From Chloropicon primus (Eukaryota), in the NCBI GenBank assembly GCA_023205875.1, contig CP060771.1, positions 1-64,000 of the forward strand: a stretch of 64,000 bases of DNA. Reading direction: 5' to 3'. The position numbers and the translations under genes are program-made. The notes beneath the pieces are model-generated. The model saw nothing but the letters and a program-made list of their open reading frames with translations, ran no database searches and was not told the origin of the DNA. The first letter of the stretch is position 1, and every line of letters begins with the position of its first letter. Shown piece by piece: positions 43,968 through 54,792 of this stretch.

Positions 43968-45857
43968 ATGGAGAGCGGGACTCTGATGACGAACGTGGGT
44001 CAGCCGAGCCCACCGAGGGCGGACTCGAGGACGAGCGACGACGCTCCGGTACTTGTGCCGAACGACAACTCGGCAACGTCCTTGGAGAACGTTGTATCCC
44101 AAGACTCTTTGAAGGGTGCAGGTGTCCAAGGTGCGGCGGACTTGGGGCCGAGTGGGGATGCACAAGCCCATAAGCAGTTCCCGACGATCAAGCCGTTCCA
44201 GATGCCCTCGGATGACGACCTGTTCACGCTGAGGGAGCAGGAGAGAGAGATGAAGCGCATGGAGAGACAGAGGAACAAGAACCTTCAGGTGCAAGACAAG
44301 ACAACTTTCAGTAGCCGCATGTCGAGGACGTGTCCAAGTGACAAGAGCATGAACACCATTGTGAATCCTAGCGGGACGGCTACGGGAGCGGCCGGCATGA
44401 AACCTGTTGGGACGACGGGCGGACAGTTTGGCAAGTCTGGGTTGTCTGGCGCGACGTCCCAGCAGCTTGTGTCGCAGAGGACGAGGCTGGAGAGGGAGAA
44501 CATGTCTGACTTCATCGCGAAGAAGAGAGAGATCTTCTTGGTGCAGATGTCCCTCGACACCAAGAGGGCTGAGATCAGGAAGCTGGAGGAGAGGGCCTTG
44601 CAGAGAGAGGAGGCCCTGAGGAGGTCCGAGTCCATGCTCGAGGAGGACAAGCTGAGGTTCGAGGAGTTCCTGCGAGAGAACGACGAGAAGGTGAAGGAAG
44701 CCATCACCAAGGCAGAGGTCGAGACAAAGGCGAAGCAGGACAAGGTCAATGAGATCAAGAGGCTGAACGCCGCCATCGCGACCTTGAGGAGTGAGCTCAA
44801 CAAGTACGAAGAGCAGCTCGAGGACTGTCGAAAGTACAAGCAGTTCTTGGATTACTTGACCCCGTCAGAGTGGTTCGCGCAGCAGGACGAGAAGAGGAAG
44901 GAGCTGATAGAGAAGCGGCAAAAGGCTTTCAAGGAGAAGCTTGAAGCCTGGGACGAGGACCAGAGGAAGGCGATGGAAGCCGTTACGGCAGCCGAGCAGC
45001 TCCTGGAGAAGGCGAGGACCCAGCAGGAGGTGGACATGAACGAGAAGGCCCTGTCCAGAGCCAGGGAGAGCTTGGCTGAGGCCCAGAAGGCCCCAAAGCC
45101 GGTTCAGCCCACGTCCTACCTGACGGACGAGGAAGAGGAGCAGCTCTCCAGCGAGATGCACTTCAAGCACCCGCAACAACTCTTGGACATCTTTGCCCAG
45201 CTTGAGGAGCAGAACCTCTTCCTGATTCAGAACTGTCAGGAGACGGAGGAGGCTTTGGAGGAGCTCAAGACCAAGTACAGGGAAACGAAGCAGCAGATGG
45301 ACGCGGAGATCAAGGGCCTCGACAGCCAAATATCCTCCCTCGAGTCGTCCATCGGAGTGGAGGAGGAGAAGTCTCGACTCCTTCGGTCTCTCACCGACGG
45401 CACCGAGTCAAAGACCAGCGTGGCCAACGGGAAGACCAGTGAAGGAACTTCGCTGGAGGCCCTCTCCGCCAAGGTCTCAGAAGTCTACGTTCGCTGCGGC
45501 TTTGACAACGACGCGAGTTTGAGCACGCTGCAGATGCTCACGAACATCGAAGCGAAGTTGGACGAGTACTTTTCGATCATCGAGACCATGCCGACCGAGT
45601 TCGTGGAGCAGGCCGAGAAGGCCAAGGAGAAGGAGAGGAGGCAAAGGGCCAGGGAGGAGAAGCTTGAGCAGCAGAAGAGGGAGCAAGAGAGGAGGGTCCA
45701 GCGATCCTTGGAGAGAGCACAGGCACCTGTCATGAAGAAGACGGGCAAGCCTGTGATGTTCAGGTCTCACGTTGTGAAGAAGAAGGTGGTCGGGTCCAAG
45801 AACGTCAAGAAGAACGACGAGGAAGCTGAGCTCGAAGCTTTCCTTGGCCGTGTATAG
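43968..45857 (+). CDS. CFAP100: Cilia- and flagella-associated protein 100 (FAP100/CCDC37, MIA complex)
   Basis: RENMSDFIAKKREIFLVQMSLDTKRAEIRKLEE, YKQFLDYLTP, MHFKHPQQLLDIFAQLEEQNLFLIQN, KKTGKPVMFRS. Confidence 0.88.
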   Translation: MESGTLMTNVGQPSPPRADSRTSDDAPVLVPNDNSATSLENVVSQDSLKGAGVQGAADLGPSGDAQAHKQFPTIKPFQMPSDDDLFTLREQEREMKRMERQRNKNLQVQDKTTFSSRMSRTCPSDKSMNTIVNPSGTATGAAGMKPVGTTGGQFGKSGLSGATSQQLVSQRTRLERENMSDFIAKKREIFLVQMSLDTKRAEIRKLEERALQREEALRRSESMLEEDKLRFEEFLRENDEKVKEAITKAEVETKAKQDKVNEIKRLNAAIATLRSELNKYEEQLEDCRKYKQFLDYLTPSEWFAQQDEKRKELIEKRQKAFKEKLEAWDEDQRKAMEAVTAAEQLLEKARTQQEVDMNEKALSRARESLAEAQKAPKPVQPTSYLTDEEEEQLSSEMHFKHPQQLLDIFAQLEEQNLFLIQNCQETEEALEELKTKYRETKQQMDAEIKGLDSQISSLESSIGVEEEKSRLLRSLTDGTESKTSVANGKTSEGTSLEALSAKVSEVYVRCGFDNDASLSTLQMLTNIEAKLDEYFSIIETMPTEFVEQAEKAKEKERRQRAREEKLEQQKREQERRVQRSLERAQAPVMKKTGKPVMFRSHVVKKKVVGSKNVKKNDEEAELEAFLGRV

Positions 45858-46609
45858 AGAAGGCCAATCAATCGCCACACAAAATAATCAAATCAAATCC
45901 ATCCACTTGTAACCTATCGACAGTACACCATTTTGCATCAGCAGAAATAGGATATTGGTTGGTCCCAAAGACACTGGGGTGACCCTTTCCCCTTTCCCTG
46001 CGTCCTCCCTCCAGTCTTCACCAGCGATGGCTCCGTGAGAGCCCCGAGGCCCTTCCTCCTCTCGTCCTCCTCCTCTCGTCCTCCTCCTCTCCCCTGATGC
46101 TTGATCATGCTGCTGCTGCTGCTGCTGGGCTTCTCCCTCGTCGCCTAGCCGTTGGTCTGTGCATCTGATGTGGTTTACAATATTGTAAATTATTGTAAAT
46201 TATAGAAAGAGGGGAAGGAAGAGAGCGCAGAGCGCAGAGAGCAAGAGAGACATCACCAGAACTCCCTCACAAGCCGACCAAGGCGAGGCATGACTGAGGC
46301 AGGGAGGGAGGACACAAGGTGAACTAAAGCCGACACAATAGTAATAGTATACGACACGATAACGATACGATAACGATACGCACGTGTGGAGGTGTCAGTG
46401 CCGCACACAAGACAGCAAGACTTTGCCTTTGCGGTGAGGAGTCTGTTGTTGTGCCCGCCGGCAGGAGGAGAGAGAAGGACCAAGACGAGACTTGCCTTGT
46501 GACCGGCGGTTTGGGACAAAGGGTATAGGGAATTTCAACACGAGTGAGGCTCGGGACGTTGGAGAAGTAGGTCTGGTGACGAAGGCAGTGGCCCGAGGAA
46601 AGGGAAACC

Positions 46610-49600
46610 ATGTCCAAGTATTCTTTCTGGCTGCTCAAGCCGCACCAGAAGCCGGTGTCTTGCCAATTTGAGATTACGGAGGGCACTGGAGTGCGTCTGC
46701 TCCGTGACTCGGGAGGGCAACTTTTCAAGTTCACTTTCGAGAAGATTGTCAAGTGGAACCTAGGGAGGGACCCGAACTTCTTGGAGCTTCAGATACAGAT
46801 AGGCAAGACTGGTCCTGCAGGTAGCCTCAAGTTCCAAGTGAAAGATGGCACGTCCACTGACGACATCCACAACATCTTGGAGATAATCACGAGGTGCAAG
46901 GGAGGAGCAAGTGACGGGCAAGGTTCTAAGCCAAAGGCTTCATCCGTTCATGAGAAGACCAACGTGGAGAGGAAGAAGGAGGCCGAAGACATTCAGAGGG
47001 CCTCCAAGGAAAAGCTCAAGAAAATCAAGGAGGAGAGAAAACAGCAGTCCATGGTGCTGCAGCAAGCGAACGTGACCGTGGCCCCTCCCAAGAAGGACGC
47101 CGAGGCGATCAAGGACAGGATGGCACACCACAAGAAGAGCATCCAGATGAAGGTGGAGAGAAAGAGAAGTTTCGCTGTCACGACAAAAGAGCCGCAGAAA
47201 GAGGAGCAACCCAAGAAGGACCCTCCACCGCCTCCGCCTCCCAAGACGACCGAGAAGGCAAGGCGCAAAGCAAGCTCGAGGGCGTCCATCTACTCCTTGG
47301 CGAGCAGTTCGAACTACGAAGAGGAAGAGGAAGAGGGCTCGCCAGCCAAGGACGCCGTCCCTCAAGCTCCTCCACCAAAGCCCGCGGCGCAAGCATTGAA
47401 GCCAAAGGTGATGAAGAAAGCAAGGCAACCTTCCGGGATCATGCCAGCCTCTCGGGTGGTGTCCAAGGCCAAGCCACCGCCACCCTCGCTGTCAGCAATT
47501 GGAGAGGATGAAGGAGAGGAGGACAAGGGCGCCGCGAAGAGAAAGTCGGTTCCACCACCACCTCCAACCAGCCCAAGCCCGAGGAAACTGTCTTCTATTG
47601 CCGCCTCGTCTGCGACAAAGCCCCCTCCTCCTCCGAAGCCTTCGCCTCAGGCGGAACAGAAGAAGAAGATGAGCTTGGTCCAAGCAAGGAGGAGCATGTT
47701 CCAGCAGATGGACGGTGATTCGAACGTGAGGTCGAGCATAAGGTCAAGATCACCTTCACCGAAGCCAGGAGTGCGGAAAGAGGAAGCGGAGGGTGCTGCC
47801 ACGCCTCCGACCCCAGCTGCGCCTTCAGCGGCTCCGGCGTCCCCACCGCCATCACAGAAGAAGAAGACACCGCCCCCACCTGCTCCTGCTGCTGCAGACC
47901 CAAGCGCGAGCAGCGAACAGGTGGCTCGGAGTCCTCCAAAGGCAGAGAGCAATGCCGGCAACAGCGCGGCGGCTCAGGACACCGTTCCCGTGGCCGAGAA
48001 GCGGCCCAAGAGAGGATCTTTCATGCTGAACAAAATCGATGCCTCGAGCCAACCAGACTTGGCCGAGGCCAAGTCCACGATCAACATGCTCAAGATGGAG
48101 CTGCAGAAGCAGATGGAGAAGAGCCAGAGCATCGAGAAGAAGCTGGTCGACGCGAATACTGAGCTGGGAACCGTTACATCCAAGTACGACAGTGCCGTAA
48201 GGGAGAGGGACGCGTACCTTGAGGAGATCACAAGCTTGAAGAAAGCGAAACTGTCGCTGGAAGAGCAGCAAAAGGCAGGAGATTCTGGCGCGGGTCCAGA
48301 TTCAGAGGAGAACTCAAATCTCAGAGAGGAGAACTCAAACCTTTTGCAGTCCGAGGCCCTTCTTCTCAGGTCCGTAGTCGATGCAAGCGAGCGGCTCGGG
48401 GCTCTCAGAAACCGGTTGTGGCAAGTCTGCGAAGTCGGTGAGGAGGCTCCTGAGGGCGAGGAGTCAGAGGCAGATGACGCGGACGCCGATTTGCAGGAGC
48501 TCAGGCGCACCATCACCTCCCTGGCAAAGGCCGTGGAGACGATGGAGTCTGAAAAGCTGGAGAGGGAGGAAGAGAAGCAGCACCTGGAGAAGAAGCTCAA
48601 GAGAGAGCAGGGTCACAAGAAGAAGATGGAGCAGCAAATCAAGGAAGAGGGGGAGGTCACTTCTGCGCTCATGACCGAAGCGGAGGCCGCTGCGATCGAG
48701 GGGGAGGACATGAGGTCCATGATGGAGGAGTTCAAGCGAATTGCCGAGGAGAGGTCGAACGATCTGGAAAGCATGCAGATGCAGAAGGACCAGGCCTACA
48801 GCGAGCTGGCGAGAGTCACTAGGGATTACGATTTGCTCCGTGCAAACGTTGAGGAGTCCGTGGAGAAGGCCATTGCCGAAGAGCGGACGAAGAGTGTTGC
48901 TCACCTAAAGTCAGAGCTCTCGAAGGAGAAGCAAAAGTACGAGGGAATGCTTGAGGACTTGCTTCGGGACGAGGAAGAGAGGTCCAAGATGGAGGAGGAC
49001 CAAGCCGAGGAAATCGAGAAGCAGGTGGCGCAGGCACTGAAGGAGAACGAGAAGGTTCTTCAAGAGAGGCTGAATGAGCTCGAAGCTGAATTTGCTTCCA
49101 AGATGCAAAGTCAGGAGCAGGCAGGCAAAGCGGAGCAGGACGGCGCCTTGGACGAGGCGAAGGCCGAGTTGGAAGCGTCCAACGCTAAAGTGGGTTCCCT
49201 CGAAAAGGAGCTCCAAAAGGCGAAGGACAGGAACGCCAAGGACAAGGAGAACCTCGTTCGAATGAAGAGCGAGATCAGGGTGCTCTCTGCGAGGACGAGT
49301 AGCGCGTACCGGGCGGTGGAATCCTTCGTCGACCAGTCGACGACTTTTGCCGATTCTTCCATCTCTGCGCTTTTGCAAAAGTCCGAGGACTTCTTGCAGT
49401 CTGTTGAGAGGGAAGCATCCGAAGTGCTTACCGCACTGGAGGAGGAGATCGAGGAGGTCTCTAACGAGCTCAACTCTCATTTCCCAATGCCCAGCACCAT
49501 TGACATGTCTCCCTCCTCGACGGAGATGTCCCCGATGTCGAAAACGGGGCCAGAAGAGGACGAGGGCGAGGACGAAGGCGACGTTACGGAAGTTACGTCA

Positions 49601-52576
49601 ACCCAGAAATCCCCAGCCGCAGAATCATCCCCCAAAGCTCGCAAGAGCAAGGTCAAGAGAAAGAGCACTGCCCGCAAGTCTTTCATGTCTCCAACAAAGT
49701 CCTCCGAGGGCAAAATGGTTCATGTCGATCTCAGTCAGTTGCCAAAGAGTTTGGTGGGTAACTTGGCCGACGCCGCGGGAGAGAAGTCCGAGAAGCCAGC
49801 CACTTCTGCGAGGAAATCTTCCGTTGCAGCATCCACAACGCCTTCGGGAAGGCGAGAAAGCGTCGTGAAGAAGGCGGACTTGGAGCTGCTTTCTAAGGAA
49901 ATCTCAGACAAGGTCCGCAAGGAGTTCAGGGAGGCCATGAAGGACGATGAGGCCACTCGAGTCGAGCTTGCGCAGCTGAAGGAGGCCTACGAAGCTCTGC
50001 AAGAGGAGCTCCAGGCTTCCAAGGAAGGACTTGAGAGCTCCAAGAAGAAGGAGGCCGAGGCGGACTTGATCTGCGCGGCTGTTGAATCGCAGTGCCGCAC
50101 TTTGGCACTGGAGCTCGCCGCCCAGAAGCTTGTCAATACCTCCAATGCCGTGACAGGGGAAGAGGACGTGCTGGTGAAGGATTCCTCTCGGTCCGCCTCG
50201 TCTTTGGACATGGGGTCCAACAGGCTGGTGGTCCCCGTGGATATTGTGAAGGACACTTTGCCCCACTACACGTTGCTCGAGCTGGGCGACGTTGGCATGA
50301 AACTCGGTGCCTCTGAAGTGGCTTTGGCGAGGAAGCAGACGTGGGATTTCCCTTGGGATCGCGTCAACCAGATCACGGTCGGCATCGCGAACGAGTACGT
50401 CTCCCTGGATCTCTTTGAGCACGCAAACGCTGAGGCGGCTCACCTCCGAGTGAGGGACGTTCGCCACCTGAACACGGTGCTAACGGTGATCACGAAGAAG
50501 CGCATAGAGGCTGCCCTGGCGTCAACTACCTACGCCACCGGGGCCCGGGCCGCTACCTCTGGGTCTCCGGATGGCCTAGACTTTGGCCTGAACGTCACAA
50601 GGGTCTACCAGGATCCAGGGGAGGCAGCGGAGAATAAAGCCATGGGAATGCAGCTGAAGAGCACCGGTCCCGGCGGTTCCGTAACGGCTGGTGGGCGCCC
50701 AGGCCAACCGCCTGCTTCCACAACAATGTCTCCGGCTGTTGTTCGCATAAGTTCCGTTTCAAGAGGCCTTGCGAGGACGCATGCCAACTTGAAGAGGAGG
50801 CTTCTGTCCGAGGGACTCAGCTCCCAAAAGCCTTCGGTCGGGGACCAGCAAGATGTGAACCTTGGCGGCGCGGGTCCTGACCAGGTGGACATGCTAGAGT
50901 TCTCGGATGTCTGCAGCGAGGGGGGCGACTTGACCGATGCGAGCCTGCGCAAGATCGAGGAAGAGACCGAGAGGGAAAGGAGCCTTTGCTCCAAGGTGGC
51001 TTCTCTCGAGGCAGTTCGGAATGACTTGGTTCATAAGCTCGCCACCCTCCGTGTCAACGCAGTGAACGCTGTGATGCAGTCTCACAACGTCGTCAAGTAC
51101 CTGGCCAGCGCGAGCAGGGAGGACATGGCGTCGGACTTGAAGAAGATAGAGAGCGATGGAGCCCTGGACGAGGAGGTCAGAGATCTCCAAAAGGACGAGG
51201 ACGAGTCAGGAAAGTTCAGAGTGCCGAGCTGGAAGCCTGTCAACGAGTCTGTGAAGAGCCTGCTGAGCGAGAGCCTGTCTTGGTCGGCCAGCGACTTCGC
51301 GACCAGCAAGGGAAGGGCTGGGGGCACGGATTTCAGCTTCGGCATGAATGATGCCGAGAAGGAGGCCTTCTTGGTGGCTCAGGCCGAGGCCGAGCTCACT
51401 CAGAGTGCAGTGAACTGCCTCGAGTCCCTGTGGAGCGACCGGGTCAAGAAGGTTCAGGGCCAGCTGGCTCTGGTGTCTCAGAAGGGAGAGGAAACGCAGG
51501 AGCATGAGTCGACCCTTTTGCAGGACTTGGCAAGCGCAAGGGCGCAGGTGGCCACTCTTCAGGAGGAGCTGACGTTCTCCAACAGAGAGTTGAGCACGCT
51601 GAAGCACGTCTACGAGTCTCAGGAGTTGGAAGAGAGGGAAAGGCTCAAGGTCGGTGACCAGGACGAGCCTGAAGTGATCTCGGGCGATGGCTTGGCGGAC
51701 TCGCAATCTCAGGAGATGGCCATAGTCTTGACGGGCGGTTCGAGCCCAACCAAGCAGCAGCAGCAGCAGTCCGGGGTGCCCGCACCTGCTCGAGGCAAGC
51801 TCCCTGACCACATCGTGAGCTCAGTCCAGGTCATCAAGCCGTACACCTACCTTGCCCCGAAGAAGGAAACCAAGGAGAAGGGTGGCGAGCCCTCTCCCTT
51901 GGAGGAGGTTGTGGACGCAAAGCAGACGGAGGACATGGTCAACGAGGAGAATGAATCCCGCCAGCGGCTTATCGTTGCCAATTACGATGACATCCAGATG
52001 AGGCAGAAGCAGCTTGCGCTGGAGGTCTCCGAAGCGGTGGAAAACTTGAAGTACATCGATGAAAAGCTCTCAGATTTGGACAATGCCGCCAGCGTTGTGG
52101 GTGAGAAGGTGGAGTCTTACTTTGAGAACTTGACTTCGATGGAGGAATCCTATGACAGGAACAAGCAGAAGCTCGGTCAGATCGAGCAGGAGATCTACGA
52201 GCAAGACCGCAAAATAGCTGAGGTGAAGTCTTCTGTTGGAACCGTTACGTCCCAGCAAGAGAGCTTGGCCCAGCAGCTGCGCCAGCAGACCGCCCCACAC
52301 AGCGTGCCGAAGAAGGTTGTGACGTTCGCGTCACCTCCGTCGGCCGAGACGGGCGTCTCACCCCTTTCGGAGAGGAAGGAAAACAATGGGGTGTCGAGCG
52401 TGCCCCCGTTGGCCTCCATGATGGACCTTGGCATGATGTACGGACAGAGTGTGCCCTCCACGCCCACTGCGCAAGTCTCTTCCCCCGTGACGCCCCCGAG
52501 CTCAAGGGTCTCGCTGAGCGTGAAAGCCAAGAAGCTTGAGAACGTTGTCCAGAATATCATGGACCTCATCGGTTAA
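46610..52576 (+). CDS. Large (1988 aa) coiled-coil scaffold with PH-like domains and a Pro-rich region
   Basis: Single long ORF. Beta-rich N-terminal domain (FKFTFEKIVKW), polyproline stretches, long E/K coiled coils and a second PH-like segment (WDFPWDRVNQITVG). Confidence 0.8.
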   Translation: MSKYSFWLLKPHQKPVSCQFEITEGTGVRLLRDSGGQLFKFTFEKIVKWNLGRDPNFLELQIQIGKTGPAGSLKFQVKDGTSTDDIHNILEIITRCKGGASDGQGSKPKASSVHEKTNVERKKEAEDIQRASKEKLKKIKEERKQQSMVLQQANVTVAPPKKDAEAIKDRMAHHKKSIQMKVERKRSFAVTTKEPQKEEQPKKDPPPPPPPKTTEKARRKASSRASIYSLASSSNYEEEEEEGSPAKDAVPQAPPPKPAAQALKPKVMKKARQPSGIMPASRVVSKAKPPPPSLSAIGEDEGEEDKGAAKRKSVPPPPPTSPSPRKLSSIAASSATKPPPPPKPSPQAEQKKKMSLVQARRSMFQQMDGDSNVRSSIRSRSPSPKPGVRKEEAEGAATPPTPAAPSAAPASPPPSQKKKTPPPPAPAAADPSASSEQVARSPPKAESNAGNSAAAQDTVPVAEKRPKRGSFMLNKIDASSQPDLAEAKSTINMLKMELQKQMEKSQSIEKKLVDANTELGTVTSKYDSAVRERDAYLEEITSLKKAKLSLEEQQKAGDSGAGPDSEENSNLREENSNLLQSEALLLRSVVDASERLGALRNRLWQVCEVGEEAPEGEESEADDADADLQELRRTITSLAKAVETMESEKLEREEEKQHLEKKLKREQGHKKKMEQQIKEEGEVTSALMTEAEAAAIEGEDMRSMMEEFKRIAEERSNDLESMQMQKDQAYSELARVTRDYDLLRANVEESVEKAIAEERTKSVAHLKSELSKEKQKYEGMLEDLLRDEEERSKMEEDQAEEIEKQVAQALKENEKVLQERLNELEAEFASKMQSQEQAGKAEQDGALDEAKAELEASNAKVGSLEKELQKAKDRNAKDKENLVRMKSEIRVLSARTSSAYRAVESFVDQSTTFADSSISALLQKSEDFLQSVEREASEVLTALEEEIEEVSNELNSHFPMPSTIDMSPSSTEMSPMSKTGPEEDEGEDEGDVTEVTSTQKSPAAESSPKARKSKVKRKSTARKSFMSPTKSSEGKMVHVDLSQLPKSLVGNLADAAGEKSEKPATSARKSSVAASTTPSGRRESVVKKADLELLSKEISDKVRKEFREAMKDDEATRVELAQLKEAYEALQEELQASKEGLESSKKKEAEADLICAAVESQCRTLALELAAQKLVNTSNAVTGEEDVLVKDSSRSASSLDMGSNRLVVPVDIVKDTLPHYTLLELGDVGMKLGASEVALARKQTWDFPWDRVNQITVGIANEYVSLDLFEHANAEAAHLRVRDVRHLNTVLTVITKKRIEAALASTTYATGARAATSGSPDGLDFGLNVTRVYQDPGEAAENKAMGMQLKSTGPGGSVTAGGRPGQPPASTTMSPAVVRISSVSRGLARTHANLKRRLLSEGLSSQKPSVGDQQDVNLGGAGPDQVDMLEFSDVCSEGGDLTDASLRKIEEETERERSLCSKVASLEAVRNDLVHKLATLRVNAVNAVMQSHNVVKYLASASREDMASDLKKIESDGALDEEVRDLQKDEDESGKFRVPSWKPVNESVKSLLSESLSWSASDFATSKGRAGGTDFSFGMNDAEKEAFLVAQAEAELTQSAVNCLESLWSDRVKKVQGQLALVSQKGEETQEHESTLLQDLASARAQVATLQEELTFSNRELSTLKHVYESQELEERERLKVGDQDEPEVISGDGLADSQSQEMAIVLTGGSSPTKQQQQQSGVPAPARGKLPDHIVSSVQVIKPYTYLAPKKETKEKGGEPSPLEEVVDAKQTEDMVNEENESRQRLIVANYDDIQMRQKQLALEVSEAVENLKYIDEKLSDLDNAASVVGEKVESYFENLTSMEESYDRNKQKLGQIEQEIYEQDRKIAEVKSSVGTVTSQQESLAQQLRQQTAPHSVPKKVVTFASPPSAETGVSPLSERKENNGVSSVPPLASMMDLGMMYGQSVPSTPTAQVSSPVTPPSSRVSLSVKAKKLENVVQNIMDLIG

Positions 52577-52644
52577 TAAGAGTAAACGTAGGAAAACAAA
52601 ACAAGATTAATATATATAAACAAACAAGATACAAAAATATGCTA

Positions 52645-54101
52645 CTAATGTTCTTCGGTGACCGTGACCATGTAGGTGGGTCCGTAAAAGTATCTCCTCA
52701 CTCGGGTAAACAAGCCCCTTCGAGATGACGATGAGTCCGCTCTCCCCTCCCCCAAAAGTGGCGTCTCGGCTGACGAGTCAAGCCCGGCCGAACTCTCCGG
52801 CGCCTCCTCGTCATCATTCGGCTCACTGCTTCTCGTCGAGAGGGCGGCGCGTATCGCGTCCGCGGAGGAGTTCTTGACGTGCTTCCCAATGTCAAATTTG
52901 CAGAGGGGGCACACAGAGTTCACCTTGGTGAGCCATTCGTCTATGCAGGAGATATGGAACCTGTGCCCGCACGGGAGTTCCCTGAGCCTGTCCCCGTCCT
53001 CGTACTCTTCAATGCAGATGGCGCAAGTCTCGGTCGACGAGTCGAGCGCGTCGCTACAGGCCGAGTCCTCCTCCGCGGGAACGCCTTGCTCGACGTCCCT
53101 TTCCTCTCCGTCCTTGTCGACGTTGGCCTCCTCCGAAGCGGCCCCCTTCATCGGCGCTCTCTTGTGCAGGACCTTGGGTATGGTCTCCACCTCCTCCTGA
53201 GTCAAGATTTGCTTTTGCCTCCTCCTTGACCTCCCGGTCTCCTCGAGGGCGTCGTCGTCGTCCAGGTCCGGCGGAGGGAAGCCAAAGCCGGCGCCGTGCT
53301 GGTACTTGGCAAACACGAAGAGGACCATCACCGTACCTATCGCGAGGATTCCCACCGTGGTCGAGGTGAAGATGCTGATCCACTTTAGCTGCTTGCCCGA
53401 GAGGAAGAAGACGATAGGGTCGGTCTCCGGGTTGCTCGACAACTCGATGAGCTTCTGGAGTTGCTGGCCGCTCCTGAGGGAGACAAAGACCGAGGGGATC
53501 TCCGGCTGCAGCATGGGGTCCCACGGCATCGGCGCCATCCTCTTCAGGGGTTCCTCCTCGTCGTCAAAAACAATGGCTGCTATCGCTCCGGCCTCCTGGG
53601 CCCTGATAACTTTGCGCACAAAGCTGCAGTTGTCGTCCCCTGGAGATATCTCGTGCTTGCCGTTGGTGGACCGCTTTATGAGCGCCACCCAACCCATCTC
53701 TCCGATGACGGACGGCGGCTTGAGGGGCTCACAAGCATCCAGGGGGTTCGCTTCCTGAGCACCGCAACAAAGTCACCAACCCACCCACGAAAAAGCACAA
53801 GAGAGAGAGACAGAGAGAGAGACAGAGAGAGAGTCAGTTCCCTTTCTCTTCACAAAAGAAAAGAAAAGAAGAAAAGAAAAGCTTCGTGACGTGACATGAC
53901 GTGACGTAACGTGACGTGACGTACCTTGAGGACACCCCAGAGTCTTTCCTCTCCGGCGGGTACCGGAGGACCGAACATGGCAGGAAGGTCCGCATACGGT
54001 GGGAACGTCACGTTGTCGCTCTGCACCACGAGCTCTCCCTGCACTTGAAAAACAAAAGTAAACAACAAAGCGAGTTGCGTCCCAAAAGATGAAGCTGCCA
54101 T
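52645..54101 (-). CDS. PA-TM-RING-H2 protein (RMR/RNF13 family E3 ligase); exons 54101-53925 and 53754-52645
   Basis: Signal peptide, PAMFGP, PLDAC, ALIKR...CSFVRKVIRAQEAGAIAAIV PA domain, TM helix, CAICIEEY...LPCGHRFHISCIDEWL...CPLC. Confidence 0.92.
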
Positions 54102-54792
54102 GGCGTCCAACGCAGCGTCTCTCCACCCTCCAACGCCAACGTTATCGTTATCCTACGTGGATGGACCGAACCACAAAAACTTTGGTCAGCCAAGGTGAAC
54201 GTGAACGTGTCCAGTTTCGTTCAAGGGAGGGCTCTTTCGAAAGAGAAAGAAGAGACGCTTCGTTCTGCGTGATCCTCTTGCACGCGAGGGAAGCGCCTCG
54301 ACCGCCACGCTCGCGCAAAAGGACTCACCTTGGTCTCCGAGTGCCGACGTCGCCTCGTCTTCGTCTTTTCTTTTTTCAGTTTGTCTTTTTCGGAATCGGT
54401 GTAAAAGAGTCGCACAATGAGTGTAATGAAAATAGGGTTTAGTTTTAGGGTTTTCGTCCAAGAATGAAGCTCTGGCGCTGTGGCTGGAGCCTGGTTCATC
54501 AGCCAACAAATGGTTCCTCTCTCTGCCTCTCTCTCTCTCTGTCTCTGTCTCTCTCTGTCTTGGTCGATTGACCCCCACGACAAGAAGGATGGTGATGATG
54601 ATGAGCGGTCGGCCGTATACGCTCAGAGCAACAGCAGCAGCAGCAGCAGCAAGCTGTCTCTCCTTGGGACTTGTGTGAGTCCTCTCTCTCTCTCTCTCTC
54701 TTTATGTATGTGAATGTTGATATAATACTCAATAGGCATTTTATGTGACGATATTGAGAAAGGAGTGGCCCAAAACGCCCGCCATATTTGTT

